64,000 nucleotides of DNA from an uncultured Chloroflexia bacterium (GTDB lineage: Bacteria; Chloroflexota; Chloroflexia; Thermomicrobiales; UBA6265). The position numbers were made by a program, and so were the translations under genes. The stretch lies in NCBI GenBank assembly GCA_963724295.1, contig CAVRUC010000013.1, forward strand, positions 523,210-587,209. Reading direction: 5' to 3'. This document shows positions 8,234 to 16,072 of the stretch, piece by piece. Under the pieces are notes generated by a model, which was given only the letters and a program-made list of their open reading frames with translations, did not search any database and was not told where the DNA came from. Every line of letters starts with the position of its first letter. The first letter of the stretch is position 1.

Positions 8234-8767
8234 ATGGGTGACATTGATCCTTCAGTCATCAATGAATATCTGAGTGTTCGAATTGTGGATGGAGATACCA
8301 CGAGTCAGGGCCGAGCGCTCGAAGAGCTAATGTGCTATGTGCTGGAGAAAGTGCCCGGTTTCATTGTCACACATAGGAACACTATGAACGTCTTCCATAC
8401 TGAAGAAGTAGATGTCGCAATTTGGAATGATCCACATGAGCATGGCATCAGAACGTTTCCCGGAGCTTGGCTCGTCGAGTGTAAGAATTGGAGCGGTAGG
8501 GTTGGAAGCCAAGAGGTCGGATATTTCGCGAGAAAGCTTCTGAATCGACGAGTCGATGTCGGAGTGCTTGTCGCGCTGAATGGAATCACTGGTGTTCCGC
8601 AAGAACTTACGAACGCACACTACGAAATGGCGACAGCGCTCAAAGATGGTGCCCGTATTATTGTGCTTGATCGCGACGATTTGCTCAGACTTACTCATGG
8701 GAAAGAGCTTGCTGCGCTTATAAAGGCGAAGATTTGCGAGTTAGTGTTGACTGCCACCAACGCGTAA
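8234..8767 (+). CDS. Mrr-type (type IV-like) restriction endonuclease domain protein
   Basis: 'GRALEELMCYVLEKVPGF...EEVDVAIWND...AWLVECKNWSGRVGSQEVGYFARKL..VGVLVALNGITG'. The D...E-C-K catalytic motif is canonical and the Mrr_cat topology is typical. It starts 6 nt after the upstream stop. About 52% GC. Confidence 0.8.
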   Translation: MGDIDPSVINEYLSVRIVDGDTTSQGRALEELMCYVLEKVPGFIVTHRNTMNVFHTEEVDVAIWNDPHEHGIRTFPGAWLVECKNWSGRVGSQEVGYFARKLLNRRVDVGVLVALNGITGVPQELTNAHYEMATALKDGARIIVLDRDDLLRLTHGKELAALIKAKICELVLTATNA

Positions 8768-8780
8768 CACCCGTCTTTGA

Positions 8781-8860
8781 TTATGCCATCCTGATCGCAT
8801 CCTCCGCCGTGAACCGCAGCACCACCGGTTCCCGACGTAGAGGTTCTGTATATGGGGTTT
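8781..8860. repeat. island-boundary repeat, copy 3 (diverged)
   Basis: The minus-frame translation '...TPYTEPLRREPVVLRFTAEDAIRMA*' parallels copy 2 '...CPKTEHLGQAPLILRFTADDAVREIAA*'. On the plus strand, 'ccgacgtagaggttctgtatatgggg' matches 'ctgacctagatgttcagtttttgggc' at 19/26. Confidence 0.6.
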
Positions 8861-8991
8861 GTGGGTGAGACGCCCAACGTTGTCCGGGTCGGTGGGCGAA
8901 CGGCGACAAGCGGCTACTATCGGGTGTGACCTAATAGATCTCAATCACCCCCGGAGACCTAATCCCTAAGCGGGGCTAACTCGGCTGTGTC

Positions 8992-9336
8992 TCACTCCTG
9001 ACGCTTGGGTGGCCGACCTCGTCGTCGCTGTCCTTCTGGAGATGATGTCTGCTTCCCCTTGCGGGTCCGCGGCTCATCGGTCTTTCTGACGGCGACGAAG
9101 CCGTCCCCCTCGACGGTCTCCACCGTGAGTCCGCGACTTCGTGCAGCCCGACTGATGGCCGCACGCAGCCCCCTCGCGCTCTGCCCCTCCACAAGCGGCA
9201 CCCGCACCGGACTACCAGTTTCGATTTCAGTGAGGAGGGCGACCATCGCCGGATCGGTCTTGCGCATCTTTTGCTGTCGCAGCGAGGCGAACTCTTCTTC
9301 CGAAAACGGCGCAAATGATTCGATCTTGACAGGCAC
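8992..9336 (-). CDS. small hypothetical protein with basic AT-hook-like tail
   Basis: 114-aa ORF with plausible composition and a C-terminal 'GQRRRGRPPKRQE'. Preferred over the overlapping Arg-rich 174-aa frame (8976..9500). Confidence 0.5.
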   Translation of the reverse strand: MPVKIESFAPFSEEEFASLRQQKMRKTDPAMVALLTEIETGSPVRVPLVEGQSARGLRAAISRAARSRGLTVETVEGDGFVAVRKTDEPRTRKGKQTSSPEGQRRRGRPPKRQE

Positions 9337-9638
9337 TCGTGTCTCCTTATTGCCGCATTTCCGATCACTGCGGTGATCCTAGCACGGAGAACATTCGCAG
9401 TTTGAGACAGACGCGTAGCCATAACAACGCACTCTGACCAGAACGGTCTGACGATCCATCCGCCAATCTCCCGCTCGCGAACGTCATTTGCGATTAGCAC
9501 AAGAGCACAATAGCCAAGCGACCATAGGGTCGAGAGCGGCTGAATCGAATTGCCATCTCGCCTAGACTGGTTCAGAACGTTCTATAGGCCGATCCACCTG
9601 ATCTGGCGGCGATCTGCCCATAGGGTAGGGATTGTTGA

Positions 9639-10556
9639 ATGAGCACCTATAAAGAGAAATTCATGAGCAAAGAAGAGTTCATGAGCCAGCCGCCCGATCC
9701 TGAGCGTGAGGAGCGTTGGCGACTTGCACGACGCGATGACCTCGCGAACGTCTTTGGTGTGGTGCTAACCGTTCCAATCCACGGACAGGACGAGCTAGGA
9801 AACTGGCGATATGGGTTACCTCCGCACAGCGGCATACCAAGCCAAGACATCACGAAAGAGTTCGAGGCCGAGATGCGCTCAATTATTGTTGAGAGTGCGT
9901 CTCCTCTAGTCATAGCTGGCATCCTGTCGGAGCAACAAGTCCAACAGATCAAGAGTCACAGCTACGAAACCGGACCGGCGGCGCAGGGTTGGCCCCAGAC
10001 CTTCTTCGAGATCTATCAGCAAGTGGCGCCGATCATTGCCGGATCGGCTGACCTTATTGCTGTAGCCGACTTCGTCAAGCAGGTCGCCAGTCGCATACGG
10101 AGTTGGCAACAGCGAAGTCATGAGGAGATTGAGCGGAATCATGGAGATACGCTAGATCGCACCACACCAGTGGATCTCGATCCTCATATCGTCTGGACAC
10201 TCCCCAATCTGGTAGCCCTGTGCTACACGGATCTGGTTCAGCGCCACCATAGAAGCGGCGACTGCAACATTACCGTCTTCCCTCGAAATCGATGGGCAGG
10301 GTATGGATCTGCGGATCATCCATCGGGAGGCGAAACCTACCTTATCCGCCTCACAACGGGTGCGTCGAGTTACTTCTATCTCGTTGACGGACACGGCGGA
10401 GTCTCCGAGCACTATCGAACCAATGGTGACGATCTGGAACTACTTGCGCTTCCGGACTTACTGCCTAACGACAGGTCAGGCAACCCGTACAGGCAACCGG
10501 AGCAACCCCGGCGATTCGAGGTGCGGGCATCGGTGTCGCTAAACGAGCAAGCGTGA
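9639..10556 (+). CDS. hypothetical protein (no recognisable domain)
   Basis: 305-aa ORF with non-repetitive, balanced composition, divergent from 8992..9336 across a 300-bp spacer. Start ambiguous (several Met in the first 15 codons). Confidence 0.55.
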   Translation: MSTYKEKFMSKEEFMSQPPDPEREERWRLARRDDLANVFGVVLTVPIHGQDELGNWRYGLPPHSGIPSQDITKEFEAEMRSIIVESASPLVIAGILSEQQVQQIKSHSYETGPAAQGWPQTFFEIYQQVAPIIAGSADLIAVADFVKQVASRIRSWQQRSHEEIERNHGDTLDRTTPVDLDPHIVWTLPNLVALCYTDLVQRHHRSGDCNITVFPRNRWAGYGSADHPSGGETYLIRLTTGASSYFYLVDGHGGVSEHYRTNGDDLELLALPDLLPNDRSGNPYRQPEQPRRFEVRASVSLNEQA

Positions 10557-10645
10557 GCGCATACGGGAGCTGTCCGCGCACTGTTGTTACAGGAGCAAAC
10601 TAAGCCATCCTGCAGTGGAACTCCGAGCATGAAATACGACCCCCG

Positions 10646-10730
10646 CTCAGGCCGCAATCTCCCGCACCGCGTCGTCAGCAGTGAACCGGAGGATGAGTGG
10701 TGCCTGACCTAGATGTTCAGTTTTTGGGCA
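10646..10730. repeat. island-boundary repeat, copy 2 (abuts and includes the RBS and start of the LLM gene)
   Basis: See copies 0, 1 and 3. It contains GGAGGA (10688-10693) and GTG 10697/10700, the start of the LLM gene. Confidence 0.85.
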
Positions 10731-11794
10731 TGATCCGGACCGACAACATCTCGGAGATCGACAGCGCCGTCGCCCTGTCTGTCGAGGCCACGATCGATCC
10801 GGACTTCGTGCGTGACTTCGCCCGCGCCCACGAAGCGGCGGGGTTCGACCGGGTCCTCATCGGCTACCACTCCACCGGTCCCGATGCCTGGCTCGTCGCC
10901 GCCCACGCCGCCGCCAATACGGAGCGCCTGCACATGCTGGTGGCGCACCGGCCGGGGTTCCAGGCGCCGACGGTCGCCGCCCGTGCCGCGGTGACGCTGG
11001 ACCATTTCAGCGGGGGCCGGGTCTCGCTCAACATCGTCACCGGCGGCAGCGATAGCGAGCTGGCGCGTGACGGCGACTGGTCCGCGAAGGACGACCGCTA
11101 CCGGCGCACCGATGAGTTCCTCGACATCGTGCGGGCCATGTGGACCAGCGCCGAGCCATTCGACTACGAGGGCGAGTTCTACCAGGTGAAAAACGCCTTC
11201 TCCGACGTAAAACCGCTGCAACGCCCCTCGATCCCGATCTACTTCGGCGGCGCCTCAGGGGCGGCGGTCCCGGTCGGCGCGAAGCATGCCGACGTCTACA
11301 TGTTCTGGGGCGAGCCACTCGCGGACACCACGGCGCGGATGGATGCCGTGCGAGCGGCCGCGCCTCCGGGGCGGTCCCCTGCCTTCAGCGTCTCCGTGCG
11401 ACCGATTCTCGGCGCGACGGAAGCCGAAGCGTGGGACAAGGCGCACGGCTACCTGGAGCGGATCGTCGCCCATCGCGGGAACGGGCCGGGTTCCGCCCCC
11501 GCGGCCGGCTCGCAACGGCTGCTCGATCTCGCGGCACAACGCGAGGTCTTCGACGACCGGCTCTGGATGGCGATCGCCGCGGCCACCGGCGCGGGCGGCA
11601 ATACCTCCGCCCTGGTCGGCACCGCGGAGCAGGTCGCCCAGTCGCTGCTGCGCTACTACGACGCGGGCATCACCAGTTTCCTGATCCGCGGCTTCGAACC
11701 GCTGCAGGATGCCACCGAGTTCGGCCGGGAGCTGATCCCGCTCGTCCGCGAAGAAGTCGCCCGCCGCGACCGCGCCAGCCGGGTCGCCGTCTAG
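10700..11794 (+). CDS. LLM-class flavin-dependent oxidoreductase (SsuD/alkanesulfonate monooxygenase-like)
   Basis: 'VQFLGMI...AGFDRVLIGYHSTGPDAWLVAAHAAANTERLHMLVAHRPGFQAPTVAARAAVTLDHFSGGRVSLNIVTGG' parallels SsuD. GTG start 6 nt after GGAGGA (alternative GTG 10697). Confidence 0.9.
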   Translation: MPDLDVQFLGMIRTDNISEIDSAVALSVEATIDPDFVRDFARAHEAAGFDRVLIGYHSTGPDAWLVAAHAAANTERLHMLVAHRPGFQAPTVAARAAVTLDHFSGGRVSLNIVTGGSDSELARDGDWSAKDDRYRRTDEFLDIVRAMWTSAEPFDYEGEFYQVKNAFSDVKPLQRPSIPIYFGGASGAAVPVGAKHADVYMFWGEPLADTTARMDAVRAAAPPGRSPAFSVSVRPILGATEAEAWDKAHGYLERIVAHRGNGPGSAPAAGSQRLLDLAAQREVFDDRLWMAIAAATGAGGNTSALVGTAEQVAQSLLRYYDAGITSFLIRGFEPLQDATEFGRELIPLVREEVARRDRASRVAV

Positions 11795-11863
11795 CTCTGC
11801 CTGGCTCTAACGGCGGTAACGCCTTGCACTTGCACTAGCGGGAGTCCATCCGGTGACTGCCGT

Positions 11864-11895
11864 CCCCCTCTCCTGTCTCCGACGGGAGAGGGGGG
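11864..11895. terminator. candidate bidirectional terminator hairpin between convergent genes
   Basis: A 10-bp perfect stem, 'ccccctctcc' (11864-11873) pairing with 'ggagaggggg' (11885-11894), with an 11-nt loop. It is followed by G-tract words (GGGGGTAGGGGGGTGAGGG...GGGTAGGGGGTGAGGG) up to 11934. Confidence 0.5.
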
Positions 11896-11934
11896 TAGGG
11901 GGGTGAGGGCCGGTGCGGGTAGGGGGTGAGGGTC

Positions 11935-12447
11935 TCAAAACCGCCAGCGGGTCGCGCCATACGGCTCAGCGGTGGCGAGACCGAAAACCGTGTGGAACGT
12001 GAAGCGGTAGAGGTCCCAGGGTGGCGGTCCCGCGCTGGGAGCGCTGTACGGCGCCGTGAACGCCTCGCCCTCCACTTCCGCCGGCCACCCGCCCTCGCGG
12101 TACAGACCGGCCACCGTCTCCAGCGTCGGCCGATCGGTCACCCGGGTCGCTTCGCCCTCCAGCACGAGGTCGATGCCTTCCCGGCTGATGGAGATCGTGC
12201 AGGCCGGGTTCGCCGCCAGATTGCGCGACTTGCGGGTCCCCGGCCCGCTCGTGAAATAGACATCCCCGTCGTGCCAGCGAGCGCCGACGGGAACGGCGTG
12301 CGGTCGTCCGTCCGGACGCGACGTACCGAGGAAAACGACCGCGGACATCGGTGGCGAGGCGAGGCGGTCGCGTGCCCGGCTCCACGGCATGGCCGCGTTT
12401 CCGTAGCGGTCGAGATTCGTGACGTCGACGGGTTCTCGTTCGGGCAT
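11935..12447 (-). CDS. pyridoxamine 5'-phosphate oxidase (PPOX)-family split-barrel protein
   Basis: 'VVFLGTSRPDGRPHAVPVGARWHDGDVYFTSGPGTRKSRNLAANPACTISI' is a typical PNPOx-like motif. Confidence 0.8.
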   Translation of the reverse strand: MPEREPVDVTNLDRYGNAAMPWSRARDRLASPPMSAVVFLGTSRPDGRPHAVPVGARWHDGDVYFTSGPGTRKSRNLAANPACTISISREGIDLVLEGEATRVTDRPTLETVAGLYREGGWPAEVEGEAFTAPYSAPSAGPPPWDLYRFTFHTVFGLATAEPYGATRWRF

Positions 12448-12489
12448 CGTGCACCTCCAGTTCCTGACCCTGCTGACTTACCCAGACTA

Positions 12490-12894
12490 TCAGGCGCCTG
12501 CCGGGCGCTCCTGCACCACCCAGCCGTTGCCGTCGGGATCGCTGAAAAAGAGGAACGAGTTCCAGTCTCCGCCTCGCCCATCGACCCGGACACTACCCTC
12601 GAAGTGCTGGACCGGGCTGACCTCCACACCCCCCTGCAGCAACTCCGCCCGCGCGGCGTCGATGTCCGGGACGACCAGCTGGATCCCCTGCACCGACCCC
12701 GGCGTCGACGCGGGGAGACCCGTCCCGATGGCGATCGAGCAGGCCGAGCCGGCCGGCGTCAGCTGCACGACCCGCATCTCGTCGCCGATGCGGGTGTCAT
12801 GGTCGACAACGAAACCAACCTGCTCGCCGTAGAAGCGCTTGGCCCGGTCCACGTCCGTCACCGGGATGACCACCAGCTCGAGCTTCCAATCCAT
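12490..12894 (-). CDS. VOC (glyoxalase/bleomycin-resistance/dioxygenase) family protein
   Basis: 'LELVVIPVTDVDRAKRFYGEQVGFVVDHD...FFSDPDGNGWVVQE'. Confidence 0.85.
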   Translation of the reverse strand: MDWKLELVVIPVTDVDRAKRFYGEQVGFVVDHDTRIGDEMRVVQLTPAGSACSIAIGTGLPASTPGSVQGIQLVVPDIDAARAELLQGGVEVSPVQHFEGSVRVDGRGGDWNSFLFFSDPDGNGWVVQERPAGA

Positions 12895-12992
12895 CCACCA
12901 TCATCCTTTCCCGCGCCGGAACAACCGTTGCACTCGATAGTCGGTCGGGAGCGCCCCATATCGACATGCGGCAAGCGGTAGCATTGGTCACC

Positions 12993-14160
12993 ATGGACTA
13001 TCCCTTTCCCAGGACCGAGCGCCAGGCCGAGCTGATCGCCCTCGCCGATTCGCTGGCCGGGCCGTTCGCCGCCCGCGCCGAGAGTGTCGACCGCGACGGC
13101 AGCTTTCCGTTCCAGAACTTCCGCGAGCTGCACGATGCCGGATACCTCGGGCTCACGATTCCCAAAGAGCGCGGCGGTCTCGGCGCCACCCCGCTCGAAT
13201 ATGCGCTCGCCCACGAGCGGATCGCCCGCGCCTGCGGCTCGACCGCGCTCGCCTCGAACATGCACCTCTCGCTGATCGGCCGCATCAACGAGACCGGCAT
13301 GTGGCCGGACCAGATCCTCGATCGCGTGAACGAAGACATCATCACCAACGGCGCGCTCATCAACTCGGTCAACAGCGAGCCCGATCTGGGAAGCCCCAGC
13401 CGGGGAGGCATGCCGACGACGACAGCCGAGCGCACGCCGCGCGGGTGGATCATCAACGGCCGAAAGCGCTGGGCGAGCCTGGCCCCTGCCCTGACCTACA
13501 TGCTGACCCTGGCCACCATCGTCGATGGCGATGCACCCCCGCGGCGCGGCAATTTCCTCGGTGCCGGCGTCCTCTGCCGGCGTACGAATCGACGAGACCT
13601 GGGATAACCTGGGCATGCGCGGCACCGCCAGCGACGATGTCGTCTTCACCGACGTCGAGGTGCCATTGGATGCCCTGGTGCCGGTCGATGGGTCGTCTGT
13701 ACCGGGCGATGGTCTCGGCTGGTCCGCTTTCGGCGGCGCGGCGGTCTTCCTCGGTATCGGGCAGGCCGCGCGTGATGCCGCGATCCAGTTTGCCCACGAG
13801 CGGCGACCCAACGGCATGAACGGATCGATCGCGACGTTGCAAACGATCCAGCACCGTATCGCGGCGATCGAGCTCGATCTACTCCAGGCGCGGACGCTCC
13901 TCTACGCTACGGCCGAGTGGTGGACCGAGCGGCCCCAGGAGCGGCCGGCGAACATGTGGCGGCTGGCGGCGGCGAAGTACGCCGTGACGAACGCGGCCAT
14001 CCGCGCCACGGACGAGGCCCTCCGCGTGGCGGGATCGGCCGGTCTGGCCGCCACCTCGCCGCTGCAGCGCTACTTCCGCGACGCGCGCACCGCCATCGGG
14101 CAGCCTCCCATCGAAGACGTCGCGCTGACGACAATCGGCAAGGCGGCGCTGGGTGTTTGA
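12993..14160 (+). pseudogene. acyl-CoA dehydrogenase family gene with an apparent frameshift near 13555-13565
   Basis: ORF 12966..13607 carries the N-terminal and middle ACAD domains ('...WIINGRKRWASLAP...RRGNFL'). ORF 13525..14160 continues in another frame ('VPASSAGVRIDETWDNLGMRGTASDDVVFTDVEVP...LQRYFRDARTA'). Together they give ~385 aa. This is a real pseudogene or an assembly indel. Confidence 0.7.
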
Positions 14161-14398
14161 GGGGGTGCCGCCTTCGGCTCAGGGGGTGCCAGCCGCTTGC
14201 ACGGCTTCAGGGGGAGCCGGTCGCTGCGCTCCCTCAGGGGGTGGCGTCCGCTGCGCGGACTCAGGGGGGTAGGAGGACGACTAAGATCGCCGTCGTGCTT
14301 CTTCCCCCCTGAGCCGCAGGCGCCACCCCCTGAGGCGGTGAAACCGCCGGCACCCCCTGAGGCGCAGCCGGCACCCCCTTCGTAAAGGAGATCGGGAC
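14158..14398. repeat. nested palindromic array of TCAGGGGG[TA]G words
   Basis: Five direct units (the first overlaps the ACAD stop codon), a central hairpin at 14261-14312, then inverted units 'CACCCCCTGA' x2 plus a partial one. Confidence 0.8.
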
Positions 14399-16060
14399 AT
14401 GGCAGCCGAGATCGGACCTGAGGAACAGATCGACGCATTCTGGGAACTGACCGAAGATCAGATTTCCGTGCTTCGCCGGCATGGCCAGGTCCAGCAGACC
14501 CACGATGGCCAGGTGCTCTTCCATCAGGGCGAGCTCACCTGCGACTTCTACGTCGTTCTCGAAGGGGAGGTCGAGCTCATCGAGCCAACCCTCGTCACCC
14601 CTCGGGTCATCGGTGTGCGCAAGCCGCGCGAGATCGTCGGCGAGCTCAACCTCCTGACCGAGGAAGTCACCTACCTCTCCGCCGTCGTGCGGAAAGGGGG
14701 GAGCGTGCTGGCCATCCCCGCCGACGATCTGCGCACGATCGTCACCGATGACCCGGGGTTCAGCGACTTCCTCCTGCGCGCGTTCCTGCTCCTGCGCTCG
14801 CATCTGGTCGAGCTCGGTGCCGGGCTGAAGATCATCGGCTCCCACTTTTCGCCCGACACCAGACGGCTGCGGCAGTTCGCCGCGCGCAGCCGTCTTCCCC
14901 ACGATTGGATGGACGTTGAGAAAGACCCGCTAGCGGAATCACTGCTGCGCCAGTTCAATGTCAAGCCGGACGAGACGCCGGTGGTGATCTGGAAGGGCGC
15001 CGAGATCCTGCGCAATCCCTCGAACGCCGATCTGGCGCGAGTGCTCGGGATCGGCGACGTCCTCGATCCGGAGGCGCACTACGACTTGATCGTCGTCGGC
15101 TCGGGACCGGGCGGGTTGGCCGCCGCTGTCTACGGCGCTTCGGAAGGGCTCAAGACGCTCATCGTGGAGTCGGTCGCTACCGGCGGCCAGGCGGGAATGG
15201 CGTCCCGCATCGAGAATTACCTCGGCTTCCCGGCGGGGTTGTCCGGGGTCGAGCTGGCGAGCAGAGCGCTGTTGCAGGCCGAAAAATTCGGCGCCAGCAT
15301 CGCGGTCCCCCGCGAGGCCGTCGCCCTGCGTCGTGATGGACACACCTATGCCATCACCCTCGATGACGGGGAAGAGATCGCCGCCGGCAGCGTCATCCTG
15401 GCCCTCGGCGCGCGGTACCGCAAGCTCGACGTCCCGGGCGAGGCCGAGCTGGAAGGCGGCAACGTCTACTACGCTGCGACCGAAGTCGAGGCCCAGGTCT
15501 GCCAGGGGCAGAACATCGCGGTCGTGGGCGGCGGTAACTCCGCCGGGCAGGCGGCGTTGTTCCTGGCGGAGCGCGCGAACAAGGTCTACCTGCTGGCGCG
15601 CTGCGATGATCTGAATGAGGACATGTCTCGCTACCTCATCGACCGCATCGTGGCGACATCCAACATCGAGCTGCTGGTCCAGACGTGCGTCGCCGAATTG
15701 GTGGGCCAGAACGCGCTGACCGGAGTCAAGGTCGAGCACAAGTACACCGGCAAGGGGCGCACGATCGGCGTCGCGGCCCTCTTCATCTTTATCGGGGCGG
15801 ATGCGCCGACGGCGTGGTTGGCGGACACGCTGGCGCTCGACGAGAAGGGCTTCATCTCGACCGGGCTCTCCGTCAAGACCGCTCCCGCGTGGCAAGACGC
15901 GGCTCGCGATCCGTTCCTGTTTGAGGCCAGCCTACCGGGAGTCTTCGCCGTGGGCGACGTCCGCAGCGGAGCCATCCGGCGCGCAGCCTCGGCGGTCGGC
16001 GAGGGATCAATGGCGGTCCGGCTCTGCCACGCCTACCTGGCCGAGACCCGAGGCGCCTGA
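14399..16060 (+). CDS. cyclic-nucleotide-binding domain + thioredoxin-reductase-like FAD/NAD(P) disulfide oxidoreductase
   Basis: AAGGAG RBS. CAP_ED-like 'FHQGELTCDFYVVLEGEVELI...REIVGELNLLT'. Also 'DLIVVGSGPGGLAAAVYGASEGL', 'VVGGGNSAGQAALFLA' and 'GVFAVGDVRSG'. Confidence 0.9.
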   Translation: MAAEIGPEEQIDAFWELTEDQISVLRRHGQVQQTHDGQVLFHQGELTCDFYVVLEGEVELIEPTLVTPRVIGVRKPREIVGELNLLTEEVTYLSAVVRKGGSVLAIPADDLRTIVTDDPGFSDFLLRAFLLLRSHLVELGAGLKIIGSHFSPDTRRLRQFAARSRLPHDWMDVEKDPLAESLLRQFNVKPDETPVVIWKGAEILRNPSNADLARVLGIGDVLDPEAHYDLIVVGSGPGGLAAAVYGASEGLKTLIVESVATGGQAGMASRIENYLGFPAGLSGVELASRALLQAEKFGASIAVPREAVALRRDGHTYAITLDDGEEIAAGSVILALGARYRKLDVPGEAELEGGNVYYAATEVEAQVCQGQNIAVVGGGNSAGQAALFLAERANKVYLLARCDDLNEDMSRYLIDRIVATSNIELLVQTCVAELVGQNALTGVKVEHKYTGKGRTIGVAALFIFIGADAPTAWLADTLALDEKGFISTGLSVKTAPAWQDAARDPFLFEASLPGVFAVGDVRSGAIRRAASAVGEGSMAVRLCHAYLAETRGA

Positions 16061-16072
16061 CCGGACACAGAC

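Noticed and set aside
8976-9500. 174-aa minus-strand ORF overlapping 8992..9336.
   Set aside because: It has an Arg/Ser/Cys-rich composition. The 114-aa frame has a more protein-like composition and a plausible start context.
1-10730. An integrase, transposase or tRNA gene marking the island boundary.
   Set aside because: None of the ORFs in the island shows tyrosine/serine recombinase or DDE motifs (for example an R..H..R..Y pattern), and no tRNA-like T-arm sequence (GGTTCGAATCC-type) was seen. The island is therefore defined only by GC content, gene content and the repeats.
11926-12981. 351-aa plus-strand ORF overlapping the PPOX and VOC genes.
   Set aside because: It has Arg/Pro/Gly-rich low-complexity composition. 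It lies antisense to two well-supported minus-strand genes with recognisable motifs.
12858-13817. 319-aa minus-strand ORF, with similar long antisense ORFs at 14939..15895, 20220..21284, 37947..39035, 40081..40758, 48407..49540, 49667..50782, 57000..57443 and 60900..61904.
   Set aside because: All are antisense or off-frame to genes with clear family motifs and have the Arg/Ala/Gly/Pro-rich composition of GC-rich shadow frames. No motif was recognised in any of them.
14197-14385. 62-aa ORF encoding a Pro-rich peptide (PPEPQAPPPEAVKPPAPPEAQPAPPS).
   Set aside because: It is simply a translation of the TCAGGGGG/CCCCCTGA palindrome. No RBS is present, and equivalent ORFs occur on both strands.
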